Shown here: positions 47,347-57,354 of the stretch, one piece after another
How positions within the stretch are numbered: position 1 is the stretch's first letter
Layout of the letters: each line of letters starts with the position of its first letter
The notes under the pieces: generated by a model
The model's database searches: none
Seen by the model: only the letters and a program-made list of their open reading frames with translations
What the model was told of the DNA's origin: nothing
Made by a program: the position numbers and the translations under genes
NCBI GenBank assembly: GCA_963796285.1
Contig: CAWCKW010000012.1
Location: forward strand, 128,001-192,000
Reading direction: 5' to 3'
DNA from: Nitrospirota bacterium
Lineage (GTDB): Bacteria; Nitrospirota; UBA9217
DNA length: 64,000 nt

Positions 47347-48914
47347 TCAGACTGAAGAATCTCATCATGAACGTGCTCGGTGCTGATGCGAGAGAGGACG
47401 ATACTCTCGCGCCGTCTACCGTCATGTCCCTCATTGTTCCGCGAGATCGGTTTGCCGAGTCGGCACGGGCTCTCAAAAAGGAATACGCGCTGCTTGCCGC
47501 GGAATGGGCAACTGATGAGACCGCCTTCGGCAGAGGATTCGGCGTCTTTGCCTGCTATCGGAGAGAACAGGAGTACCTTGTGGTGAAAACGGAGGTCCCT
47601 GCCGATGATCCGACGTTCCCGAGCCTGACAAAAAAGTTCGTAGCCGCCTACCGGTTCGAGCGCCAGATCCAGAGCCTCATGGGACTGACACCAATCGGCA
47701 ATCCCGACCCGCGGCCCTGGATAAAACACGAAGATTGGCCCGTGGACGCCTGGCCGCTCAGAAAAACCTTTGACGCATCGAAACCCATGCCGCGCGTGCC
47801 CGGAGAGTATCGCTGGATCCGCGCCGAAGGTGAAGGGGTCTATGAAATCGCAGTGGGACCTGTGCACGCGGGCATCATCGAACCCGGCCATTTCCGCTTT
47901 CAGGCAATGGGCGAGGATATTCTCAATCTGGAAGCGCGTCTCGGGTATGTGCACAAGGGCATAGAGAAGCGGTTCGAGTCGCTTTCCTGGCCGGAGGCCG
48001 CGCGTCTGGCTGCACGGGTATCGGGGGACACCACGGTCGCCCACAGCCTGGCGTATGCCCATGCAGTGGAGGCCTTGACCGGGACCATACCGCCTGACCG
48101 CGCGGAGTGGCTCCGGGCGTTGTTTCTCGAACGGGAGCGCATCGCCAACCATCTCGGCGACCTGGGCGCCATCTGCAATGATGTGGCCTTTGCGCTGCTC
48201 TTCTATCAGTTTCACCGGCTCAAGGAGGTACTGCTTCGCACGAACCTGACGCTATTCGGGCACCGGTTCATGATGGACCGGATCGTGCCGGGCGGGGTCC
48301 AGGTCGACATCGACACGGAAGGTGTGGACACCATTCTCATGGAACTGGACTGGCTGACACGGGAGTTCGAGCGTCTTGTGAGCATTTACGACGAGAACGA
48401 TTCGGTCGAGGACCGGGTCCGCGACACCGGAGTGCTCAGGCCTGAACAGGCACGGGACCTCTGCATGGTGGGAATCGTGGCGCGGGCGAGCGGCCTGAAC
48501 CTCGACTGCCGCATCCATCATCCCTTCCCGCCGTATGACCGCATCAGCGTGAACGTGCCCGTGCTCATCACGGGGGACGTCCATGCCCGGGCGTGGGTGC
48601 GGGTGGAAGAGATCCGGGAGTCCATCCGGATCATCCGTGAGATATTGAAGACCCTGCCTCCCGGCAGGACCATTGTTCCGCTTGGAACGCTAATGCCGGA
48701 CAGGTCCGGCTTCGCAGCGGTCGAGGGATGGCGCGGGGAGATCCTCTATTGGGTCCAGTCGGGGCCGAAGAGCGAGATCAACCGCTGCATGGTCAGGGAC
48801 CCGTCGAGCGTGAACTGGCTGGGGCTGGAGCAGTGTATCCACGGGAACATCGTGCCCGACTTCCCGGTGTGCAACAAGAGCTTTAATCAGTCTTATTCGG
48901 GGAATGATTTGTAA
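47343..48914 (+). CDS. Ehr-2 large subunit without NiFe ligands
   Basis: GPVHAGIIEPGHF; ARVSGDT and NQSYSGNDL in place of the two CxxC motifs. Confidence 0.9.
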   Translation: MIRLKNLIMNVLGADAREDDTLAPSTVMSLIVPRDRFAESARALKKEYALLAAEWATDETAFGRGFGVFACYRREQEYLVVKTEVPADDPTFPSLTKKFVAAYRFERQIQSLMGLTPIGNPDPRPWIKHEDWPVDAWPLRKTFDASKPMPRVPGEYRWIRAEGEGVYEIAVGPVHAGIIEPGHFRFQAMGEDILNLEARLGYVHKGIEKRFESLSWPEAARLAARVSGDTTVAHSLAYAHAVEALTGTIPPDRAEWLRALFLERERIANHLGDLGAICNDVAFALLFYQFHRLKEVLLRTNLTLFGHRFMMDRIVPGGVQVDIDTEGVDTILMELDWLTREFERLVSIYDENDSVEDRVRDTGVLRPEQARDLCMVGIVARASGLNLDCRIHHPFPPYDRISVNVPVLITGDVHARAWVRVEEIRESIRIIREILKTLPPGRTIVPLGTLMPDRSGFAAVEGWRGEILYWVQSGPKSEINRCMVRDPSSVNWLGLEQCIHGNIVPDFPVCNKSFNQSYSGNDL

Positions 48915-49118
48915 CGTCGACCTTTACCGCGGAGGCACAGAGACGCAGAGAAACATAAAAAATAGACAAGATCGCAGGATGCTATGAGTTTATTTTGTTT
49001 GAGAAACTCGTCAATCCTGTCATCCCGTCAACAATATTCTCTGTGTCTCCGTTTATGGCCGCGCCTTCGCAAGAGCAGGCTACGTCTCTGCGGTTAAATT
49101 TTCTTTGTTTGGAGCACT

Positions 49119-49628
49119 ATGATCCGTATCCTTAAACAGATTTTCCGCACCGGCATCGTGACCGAGCCGATCCCTTCCATTACTGATCCGGAGATCGAAA
49201 AGATCGGCGTCAATCTGGAGGCGGCCATTCAGCGTCGTTTTCAGCGGAGTCTCGCGATCCGCCAGGTGGACGCGGGATCGTGCAACGGGTGCGAACTCGA
49301 GATCCACGCCATCAACAATCCCATCTACAATTGCGAGCGCTTCGGTATTCATTTTACCGCTTCTCCGCGGTTCGCGGACCTGCTCCTGGTCACCGGGCCG
49401 GTCTCGCAAAACATGGAGATCGCCCTCAGGCGTACCTACAACGCTACCCCGACGCCCAAGATCGTGGTTGCCGTGGGCGACTGCGGGTGCACCGGCGGTA
49501 TTTTCGGCAGGAGCTACGCGTCTCTCGGTGGAATCGACCAGGTCATTCCCGTAGACGCGCGCATCCCCGGCTGCCCGCCCACACCGACGGTTCTGCTGCA
49601 GGGGATTCTCAAAGCCATCGGAGGGTAG
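49119..49628 (+). CDS. Ehr-2 small subunit
   Basis: GSCNGCE, SPRFAD, GDCG, PGCPP. Confidence 0.92.
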   Translation: MIRILKQIFRTGIVTEPIPSITDPEIEKIGVNLEAAIQRRFQRSLAIRQVDAGSCNGCELEIHAINNPIYNCERFGIHFTASPRFADLLLVTGPVSQNMEIALRRTYNATPTPKIVVAVGDCGCTGGIFGRSYASLGGIDQVIPVDARIPGCPPTPTVLLQGILKAIGG

Positions 49629-49721
49629 AACATCGCTTTTTTGCAATTCAAAATCACTCCCGTACGGCGATCTGCGAAAAAGAGTGATCTGCTCCAATCA
49701 GAAAATAAAAGGAGACACACT

Positions 49722-50522
49722 GTGATAAGGAGAATGTTCGTTCTGTTACAAGGCGTGGCCTTGCTATTGGCAGCGGTCTTTTTCTCCGGCTGTTATTCTG
49801 AAACGAAAGTCCCCATTGACACGATCCAGTATGGTGCCGGTGAAGTAAAAGACCCGCGCCTGCTATTTGTGTTTCTGCATGGCAACGGCGACCGGAACTC
49901 TGTATTCGAAAAAGAGGGCTTTGTCGAGGCCGCACGGGCTCATGGACTTTCCATTGACATGATCTCCGTGGATGCCCATGTCGGCTATTATATGAACGGA
50001 ACGATCCTGACGAGGCTGAAGGAGGATGTGATCGACCCGGCGAGGACCAAAGGATATAAGCGCATTTGGCTGGTCGGCAATTCCCTGGGAGGTTTCGGAG
50101 CCATTACCTATGCCCAGAAATACCCGAGTGAAATATCCGGAGTTGTTCTTCTGGGACCGTACCTGGGTGATAGGCCGATCATCAGCGAGATCAGGCAAGC
50201 GGGCGGTCTGCTGCAATGGGAGCCTGGCGATGTCATTCTGAAAACGAGGGAAGACGATGAAAAACATATCTGGATCTGGCTTAAAGAGCACAGCAAGCAG
50301 GGTTCGTTATATCCGGGTGACAAGAAGCGCTTGAAGGGGCAGGAGGATATTCCGGAGATATACCTGGGATATGGTAAGAAAGACCGGTTCACTTATGCCC
50401 AGGATTTCCTCGCCTCGCTGCTGCCTGCGGAGCAGGTCCTCGCCATTGACGGAGGTCATGACTGGTCTACGTGGAAAAAGCTATGGAATCAATTCCTTGA
50501 TAGGAAAATATTCGGGCAGTGA
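49722..50522 (+). CDS. Alpha/beta hydrolase lipoprotein
   Basis: Lipobox FSGC; GNSLGG nucleophile; GGHDW. Confidence 0.82.
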   Translation: MIRRMFVLLQGVALLLAAVFFSGCYSETKVPIDTIQYGAGEVKDPRLLFVFLHGNGDRNSVFEKEGFVEAARAHGLSIDMISVDAHVGYYMNGTILTRLKEDVIDPARTKGYKRIWLVGNSLGGFGAITYAQKYPSEISGVVLLGPYLGDRPIISEIRQAGGLLQWEPGDVILKTREDDEKHIWIWLKEHSKQGSLYPGDKKRLKGQEDIPEIYLGYGKKDRFTYAQDFLASLLPAEQVLAIDGGHDWSTWKKLWNQFLDRKIFGQ

Positions 50523-50825
50523 TTGTTTCGGAACTCGACCTACCGCGGGTTTTTAGATTACTTCCCCTTGACCTGCATTCGATTTTCCAGTAGAGTTGTT
50601 TACATCAGCTCTTTCATCCTTACACGTGAGATCGTCCATCGAGAAGGCAGTAATCACAGAAAAAAACAAACAATTGGTCGGGAACAACGTATCTCCGAAA
50701 AGGCGATACCGGTAATCAGCATTACTGTTTGTTCTTCATTGCGGCACAGTGTGGCCGTCTTTCTGTCATTCTGCGAATAATTGCCCTTTTTTATGCCCAT
50801 ATTCTTTTAGGAAGGTATTCTCATT

Positions 50826-51332
50826 ATGGTTGGGTGGTTCGGAGCTCTGTGGGGAATGGCAGGGGTCGTTCTCCTGATCGGGAGCGCGGTGGTCCGCTTG
50901 ACGCCGCTGGCGGTGGACGCTTTTTCAGAACAGTGGTCATGGTATCACTGGGCATCCTTTCTCGGGGTCCTTTTTTTCATGGCCTATGTTGAAGGTTATC
51001 GGGCTTTCCAGCAGGGCTTTTCTCCCCGCGTAGCGGCACGCGCCCGGCATCTCCGGGACCATCCGACACTGCTCCATGCGGCACTCGCGCCACTTTTTTG
51101 CATGGCCTATTTCCATGCGCAGCGAACGCGGCAGATAACTTCTCTTTCCGTGACCGCAGGGATCATCATCCTCGTTCTCCTGGTCCGGCTCCTGTCCCAG
51201 CCCTGGCGGGGGATTATCGACGGCGGCGTGGTCGTGGGTTTGGCATGGGGACTGGTTTCTCTGGTCGTGTTCGGTTATCAGGCCTTGACCGCGGACCGCT
51301 TCCCGTATTCACCGGAAGTGCCGGAGAAGTAG
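50826..51332 (+). CDS. Hypothetical membrane protein
   Basis: 4-5 TM; EGYRAFQQGFSPRV, QPWRGIIDGGVV look conserved. Confidence 0.7.
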   Translation: MVGWFGALWGMAGVVLLIGSAVVRLTPLAVDAFSEQWSWYHWASFLGVLFFMAYVEGYRAFQQGFSPRVAARARHLRDHPTLLHAALAPLFCMAYFHAQRTRQITSLSVTAGIIILVLLVRLLSQPWRGIIDGGVVVGLAWGLVSLVVFGYQALTADRFPYSPEVPEK

Positions 51333-51547
51333 CTTTGGTTCATTTGCCTGCTGATCGAAGCGAACCTTTTACCATAGGGCATCCCGACGAGCGGGACAGT
51401 ATTGGCACAAAACCGTGAATGTCAAATGGAAAATTTCAAAGTTCAAATCAATATTCAATGGCTAAATCAATAACGAGTTGCTATTAGCCAGATGAATTCT
51501 GATTTGACAATTGTAAGTTGGAACGTTAACTTCCTCTGTTTGCACTA

Positions 51548-52591
51548 ATGGAGTCTCCCTTGGAACCAGCAACGGAAACAACGCATATCCCCGGTAAACT
51601 TGTCGTGTTCCTCTTTGGCGAGACCGGCATGAACCTCGAAACTTCGGAGGTGGTAGAGAGCAAGACCCAGAAAAGCGCCCCGAGCTACCCTGACGTCATC
51701 CCCAAACAAAAGATCATCAAAGTCGATAAACGCGGGGTTGACGACGCTGAGGTCGGTTTTATTGTCAAGGCGTATTTGCCGGACGTGGTTGTTGTCGAAG
51801 CATCGCTGAATATGGACGACATTCTTGCCGACACCACCCTGGAGTTCAAACGCAGGCTTATCAACGAATGCCGGAAGATACTGGGAGAGTTCGGCTGCGA
51901 CCCGAAATTCGACGAAGAATACAGCGTGTACTGCATCTCGGCCTACAGCGGTGACCCCGAAGTGTACCTGGCCCTGTACGGGGACAGGATCGCCGCAATC
52001 CTCAAGAACGAACGGATCGCACTCGACGAGGAAGAAGTGCACGCTACTCTGTCGTCCTATCTGAAATACGGCAAGGACGACATCACGATCGTGGATTGGG
52101 ACGGCGCCTTCATCTTCGACTCCTCCAGTGACTTCGATAGCAACATCGAGCTGTTCGAGATCGCGAATCTCCAGCTTCTGAAGTCCAGGATCCTTGACTA
52201 CGACCTGGATGAGCGGCTTGAAAAGACCCTCCGACTCGTTAAAGCCCCCAAGAAGTTTCCGGTCATCCGTTCCGCAGAGGTGAGGAGGGTGGTGAGGGAG
52301 ATCATAGAGATCCGGACGCAGTCCATTCTCGAATCAGAGGCTGTGGAACGAAACATCAAACTGATCGGAGACTGGTATTCCGCGAAGCTCTACACACTGA
52401 TCTCAAAGAAATTCCACCTGGAGAGCTGGAAGGCGGAGATCAAGGAAAAGCTCGACACCCTTGAGGACGTATATACCATGGCCACGGAGAATTTCAGCGT
52501 GTCCTACCGGGCGACCATTGAGTTTATCATCCTCGGCGGATGGTTCGTGTTGCTGCTCCTGTACGTGGCGGAGTTTCTGTTCACGAAGTGA
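51548..52591 (+). CDS. Hypothetical protein, RMD1/DUF155-like with C-terminal TM
   Basis: DDITIVDWDGAF, EIANLQLL, IGDWYSAKLY. Confidence 0.6.
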   Translation: MESPLEPATETTHIPGKLVVFLFGETGMNLETSEVVESKTQKSAPSYPDVIPKQKIIKVDKRGVDDAEVGFIVKAYLPDVVVVEASLNMDDILADTTLEFKRRLINECRKILGEFGCDPKFDEEYSVYCISAYSGDPEVYLALYGDRIAAILKNERIALDEEEVHATLSSYLKYGKDDITIVDWDGAFIFDSSSDFDSNIELFEIANLQLLKSRILDYDLDERLEKTLRLVKAPKKFPVIRSAEVRRVVREIIEIRTQSILESEAVERNIKLIGDWYSAKLYTLISKKFHLESWKAEIKEKLDTLEDVYTMATENFSVSYRATIEFIILGGWFVLLLLYVAEFLFTK

Positions 52592-52994
52592 CGTAACAAT
52601 CGGATCTATCCACAGGCACGGAGAAAGTTGAAATTCTAAAATGCAAATGTCATATCAAACTTCAAATAGTAAACGGCACATAGTTGCTGTTTTAGCCATT
52701 GAACATTGATCCTTGTCAGGCGACATTCATTGCTTTGTAAAAACCTATCGGGTCACCTCTGATACGGACCTTGCACGCTGAACACAGCAACAACTCGGGA
52801 TCCACCAGGGAGCGCTTCAGGAGATGTAACTGGATGAAAATCCCCCGCAGGGCCGTCATGAAATGCTGTCTTAACACGCGTTAACTCTTCAATTGACATA
52901 ATTTTCCATACGGTTTACAGTAATCTCAATAAATGTCGAGTATCGCCCCGGGTGCCCCGGCAGTTATTTTTCAACGCTCCTGTTACGATATCCT

Positions 52995-55526
52995 ATGAAG
53001 ATACATGTCACGCACAAGAGAATTCTGTTCCTGGTCATTGGCGGTTTTGTGCTGTTGGCGGCATATGCCGCCTTTGATAACCTCCTGTTTTCGCACAGGA
53101 CATTCCTGAATCTTCTGCCCTTTGACATTTCCGAGTATCAAATTAATTTCCGCGCATTGTTCCTGGCTAGTTTTGCCGTGTTCGGCATACTGGCAGGCCT
53201 GTTCAGCGTGCTGGCAAAAAGGATACTGACAAAACAACGTCTGACCGAGGAGCAGTATAAGAAGCTCGTCGCACTATCAAACGACATCATCACTGTCGCC
53301 GACAGGGACGGGAAGCAGGTTTTCATGAACGATGCCGCCTACCGCATCCTCGAACGTACCCCGGAGGAAGTGATCGGCAGGCCGTTCACGGAATTACTGC
53401 ATCCCGCTGACAGGGGAAAATCCCTGGCAAAGCACAAGGTTCTGGAGAAATCAGACACAGGTACTTACCGTATAGAGACCCGGTACATGACAAAAAGCGG
53501 AAAAGCGATCAACGTCCAGCAAAATGTCCATGTGCTCAAGGATGAAAGGGGAGCGATTATCGGGTCGCAGAGTATCGCGCGGGATATTACGGAACTCAAG
53601 CAGGCAAAAGATGCCTTGCAGACGGCCCTGCAACAAGTAGAAGATGAAAAAGTTCGGTCGGAATCTGTTCTCTCGGCGATCGGTGACGGTATCAGTATTC
53701 AGAGCACGGATTTTAAGATCCTGTATCAAAATCAGGCACACAAAACAATGACCGGTGGTGATCGGCTCGGTCAGGCCTGCTATCAGGTCTATTGGGAGGC
53801 TGACGAAATTTGCCCTGGCTGTCCATTGGCGGAAGCCTTTAAGGACGGGGAAATCCATACGCTGGAAAAAACCCTATCCAGGAATGGAGAGGTCCGCTTC
53901 CTCGAGATCAAGGCCTCTCCCCTGAGGGATGCGACCGGTAAGATCATTGCCGGAATCGAGTCGGTCAGGGACATTACGGCGCGCAGGAACGTGGAAGAAA
54001 AATTGAAGATGTTTTCCACTGCCATTGAAGAGGCAATGGACGGTATTCAGATCATCGATCTGGACGGTCATATCGTCTATTCCAATAAAGGAATCAGAGA
54101 GATTCTCGGATTTTCACATGAAGAGCTTATTGGGAAGCATGTTAATGTGATAAGCGCCGCCTGGGAATCCACTGAACAGTTCATCATCCCGAAGACCAGA
54201 GAAACCGGCCAGTGGAGCGGCGAGCTTCCGGTTTTCAACAAGGATGGCAGGACCTTTCCTGTGTGGCTCTCCATGTCGCTCGTGAAGGATGACCACGGAC
54301 AGCCCATCGCGATGATCGGCATCATGCGGGACATCACCGAGCGCCAACAGGCCGAGGAGAGCCTGAAAAGAGACCATGAGCAGTTGAATAAACTCGTTGA
54401 AGAGCGCACTCGGGAACTTGCTACCGCGAATGAGCAGCTCAGCAAAGAGATAGCGGATCGGGGAAAAATGGAACAGGAACTGCTCAAGGCGCAGGGGCTC
54501 GAGGGGAACATGAAACGAGACCATGAGCAGTTGGCCAAACTCGTTGAAGAGCGCACTCGGGAACTTGCTACCGCGAATGAGCAGCTCCGCAAGGAGATAG
54601 CGGATCGGAGAAAAATGGAACAGGAGCTGCTCAAGGCGCCGGGGCTCGAGGAGAGCCTGAAACGAGACCATGAGCAGTTGGCCAAACGCGTTGAAGAGCT
54701 CACCCGAGAGCTTTTTGCCGCTAGTGAAAAGCTGCGCAAGGAGATCGCTGACCGTGATCAAATGGAACAGGAGCTGCACGAGGCCCAGAAGCTCGAATCA
54801 CTCGGGAGCCTTACCGGCAGCATTGCGAACGATTTCAATAATCTGCTCGTTTCAATCATGGGGAACATTATTTTCGCCATGCAGGAACTGAATCCCGATG
54901 ATAACGCCTATCGGCAGCTTGCTGGAGCGGAGAAAGCGTCGCTCAGGGCACAGGACCTGACCCGCCAGCTTCTCACGTTCGCGAAAGGTGGGGCGTTGGT
55001 AAAAAGAGCAGTGGCTATCAGTGACTTGCTGCGGGAGGTCACCGGTGTTACCCAACACAGTACACACGTGAAAATCTATTATTCCCTCCCCGAGAACCTA
55101 TGGTTCGCGGACGTGGACGTAGGCCAGATCGGCCAGGTCATCCAGAATCTTATCACCAATGCGGACCATGCGATGCCTGAGGGGGGAACGATCACGATAA
55201 GCAGCGAAAATTCAGTTGTCGCTGAACACTCGCCACTGCCATTGAGGCCGGGAAACTATGTAAAGATCAGCGTCCGGGACCATGGTGTCGGCATATCGCA
55301 GGAGCATCTTTCGCAGATTTTCGATCCCTCCTTTACGACAAAAGAACAGGGGAGCGGGCTCGGCCTTGCTACGTCATATTCCATTATCAAGCAACACGGC
55401 GGCCATATTTTTGCAGAATCCGAGATAGGAAAGGGCACCACTTTTATTATCTATCTCCCCGCGTCTCTGTTAGAGACAGCGACGAAACTGACCAGAGAAA
55501 TTAATCTATTTTCGGGTTCCGGCTGA
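52995..55526 (+). CDS. Membrane PAS x3 histidine-kinase-like protein with H-box His replaced by Asn
   Basis: Three PAS/PAC ending RDIT; IANDFNN; QNLITNA, DHGVGI, GSGLGL boxes. Confidence 0.88.
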   Translation: MKIHVTHKRILFLVIGGFVLLAAYAAFDNLLFSHRTFLNLLPFDISEYQINFRALFLASFAVFGILAGLFSVLAKRILTKQRLTEEQYKKLVALSNDIITVADRDGKQVFMNDAAYRILERTPEEVIGRPFTELLHPADRGKSLAKHKVLEKSDTGTYRIETRYMTKSGKAINVQQNVHVLKDERGAIIGSQSIARDITELKQAKDALQTALQQVEDEKVRSESVLSAIGDGISIQSTDFKILYQNQAHKTMTGGDRLGQACYQVYWEADEICPGCPLAEAFKDGEIHTLEKTLSRNGEVRFLEIKASPLRDATGKIIAGIESVRDITARRNVEEKLKMFSTAIEEAMDGIQIIDLDGHIVYSNKGIREILGFSHEELIGKHVNVISAAWESTEQFIIPKTRETGQWSGELPVFNKDGRTFPVWLSMSLVKDDHGQPIAMIGIMRDITERQQAEESLKRDHEQLNKLVEERTRELATANEQLSKEIADRGKMEQELLKAQGLEGNMKRDHEQLAKLVEERTRELATANEQLRKEIADRRKMEQELLKAPGLEESLKRDHEQLAKRVEELTRELFAASEKLRKEIADRDQMEQELHEAQKLESLGSLTGSIANDFNNLLVSIMGNIIFAMQELNPDDNAYRQLAGAEKASLRAQDLTRQLLTFAKGGALVKRAVAISDLLREVTGVTQHSTHVKIYYSLPENLWFADVDVGQIGQVIQNLITNADHAMPEGGTITISSENSVVAEHSPLPLRPGNYVKISVRDHGVGISQEHLSQIFDPSFTTKEQGSGLGLATSYSIIKQHGGHIFAESEIGKGTTFIIYLPASLLETATKLTREINLFSGSG
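54354..54794 (+). repeat. 3 x 147-bp intragenic tandem repeat
   Basis: Units start at 54354, 54501 and 54648. Confidence 0.95.
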
Positions 55527-55710
55527 ATACTGCTGCAGGATGACGAAAAGGATGTCAGGCGGGCAATCGGTGACGTACTCAATCGGCTGGGTTAGACGGC
55601 AGAATTCGTTGAAGAGGGAGCACTGGCCATCGATCTGTATCAAGAGGCGAGTGGGGCCGGAACGCTCTTTGATGCCGTGATCATGGATTTGATCATACGG
55701 GAGGCAGGGA
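55527..55710 (+). pseudogene. Decayed receiver domain of the former hybrid kinase
   Basis: In frame after the TGA: ILLQDDEKDVRRAIGDVLNRLG*TAEF...FDAVIMDL. Confidence 0.85.
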
Positions 55711-55768
55711 GGGATTCCGCAGGAATGTTACAATTATTATTTCACTTGTTTTAGTATTCGGTTTCCAT

Positions 55769-55806
55769 AAAAAAAAGGACCAGAGAACGTTCCCTGGTCC
55801 TTTTTT
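55769..55806. terminator. Bidirectional terminator
   Basis: A-run, GGACCAG...CTGGTCC, T-run. Confidence 0.8.
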
Positions 55807-55821
55807 CATCATAGCCCGATA

Positions 55822-57162
55822 TTAAATCTGGTCGGTGTCAACGACCAGCCTGATCTTCTGCCCAGCACGCACTGTTTTGCCGAGCCCCTTGTTCCACTCC
55901 CGGATGTCGGTGATGGTCACATTGTGTCTCTTCGCTATCCGCATAAGCGTTTCTCCGCGTCTGACGCGGTAGAGGATCTTCTGTTGTTTGCTGTCCTGCC
56001 CCATCGTCAAGTAGCTCACTTCAAGATTTTTCCCATTAACGTCGACAGGAATGAGCAGGTGTTTGCCGGGCGCGATGCGGTTTTTCTTGAGGCCGTTGAT
56101 GTCGCGTATCGCCTCCGGCTTTGTGTTGTACAGTTTGGCGAGTGAGGAGAGTGTTTCTCCCTTCTTGACCTCATGCCGTTCCCACTTGATTTTCTGATCC
56201 TGCGGGATTGCGGCAAAGTTTACAAGAAATGTATCTTTTTTACCATAGGGTATTCTCAGGGTGTACTTGGCGAATTGCGGGGGGGTCACCCACCGCTTGA
56301 TCTCAGGGTTCAGTTCTTTGATATCCTGATAGGTGCATTCCGCGCAGCGGGCGATCAAACGGAGGTCCGTGCTTTCCTCGATCACCACCTCATCGAACTT
56401 GTATGGATCGCCGGTCGTCACGCTGAAGCCGTAAGCCTCGGGGTTCTTGGCGATGATGGTTGCCGCCATCCACGTGGGCACGTAGTTCTTGGTCTCTTTC
56501 CTGATGTACCGTGATGCTCTCAGGTCCCAGAAGTCATCGGAGCGGGTCCTGAGCACGGCGCGCTGTACTTTGCCGGCGCCGGCATTATACGATGCGATGG
56601 CCAGCGGCCAGGAGCCAAAGAGGTTATGCAGGTCTTTCAGATGTTCTGCCGCAGCGGTCGTGGACTTGATGGGGTCCTTCCGTTCATCGATCCACCAGTC
56701 GATCTTGAGTCCGTAGAGCTTGCCGGTGGCAGGCATGAACTGCCAGGGACCCACTGCCCGGCACCAGGATACGGCATACGGGTTTAAACCGCTCTCGATC
56801 ATGGCCACGTAGACGAGGTCCTCGGGAAGGTTCTTTTCTTTAAAAATATCCTTCATGACGGGAATATACCGCGCGGCCCGATCAAGCCAAATCTGGAACA
56901 CCGCGCGTCCGCGCGTCTTGAAATACTCCAGGTTGCTTTCTACGCTGTCGTTCAGGACCATCGGGATATTATAGGGTTTTACATACGTTGAATCGTCAGT
57001 AACTTCTTCATCGAGCTGGGCCACGTCATCGGATGGAGGTTTCATTTGGGGCGGGATGACCTCCTCTTTGGCGGGAGACGGGGTATCTGCGTGAACGGTA
57101 TGAAACGGGAAAAAGAAAACAACGCTAAGTACGAATAAAATAAAGTAAATTTTATGACGCAT
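55822..57162 (-). CDS. mltD: Lytic murein transglycosylase D-like with two LysM domains
   Basis: MIESG, GPWQFM, SYNAG, ETKNYV; LysM repeats. Confidence 0.9.
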   Translation of the reverse strand: MRHKIYFILFVLSVVFFFPFHTVHADTPSPAKEEVIPPQMKPPSDDVAQLDEEVTDDSTYVKPYNIPMVLNDSVESNLEYFKTRGRAVFQIWLDRAARYIPVMKDIFKEKNLPEDLVYVAMIESGLNPYAVSWCRAVGPWQFMPATGKLYGLKIDWWIDERKDPIKSTTAAAEHLKDLHNLFGSWPLAIASYNAGAGKVQRAVLRTRSDDFWDLRASRYIRKETKNYVPTWMAATIIAKNPEAYGFSVTTGDPYKFDEVVIEESTDLRLIARCAECTYQDIKELNPEIKRWVTPPQFAKYTLRIPYGKKDTFLVNFAAIPQDQKIKWERHEVKKGETLSSLAKLYNTKPEAIRDINGLKKNRIAPGKHLLIPVDVNGKNLEVSYLTMGQDSKQQKILYRVRRGETLMRIAKRHNVTITDIREWNKGLGKTVRAGQKIRLVVDTDQI

Positions 57163-57354
57163 ATTTCCTCCAGTCTCGCGTAAAGGTTAACTCAACCGCG
57201 TCTCTTTGTCAACAAATAAATGGAAAAAACAAAATATAAAGCCCACTATTTTTTGTCGTTTTCTTGCATATGCTATGGCCGGAACAGGTTGTTCGGTGGA
57301 TTTGTCCGGCAGTTTCACTTGTAATTCATGGTGTTGTTCTGTATTATTGGCTGC

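Noticed and set aside
38886-48914. Group 4 NiFe hydrogenase or formate hydrogenlyase
   Set aside because: Both large subunits lack the L1 and L2 CxxC ligands; no fdh, hyp or protease genes in the window
54354-54794. CRISPR array or DGR template/variable repeat
   Set aside because: In-frame coding repeats with no spacers; differences not adenine-specific; no cas or reverse transcriptase
55524-55526. Selenocysteine readthrough into the receiver domain
   Set aside because: Position is normally Arg/Lys (GSGRIL) and a TAG follows 23 codons later
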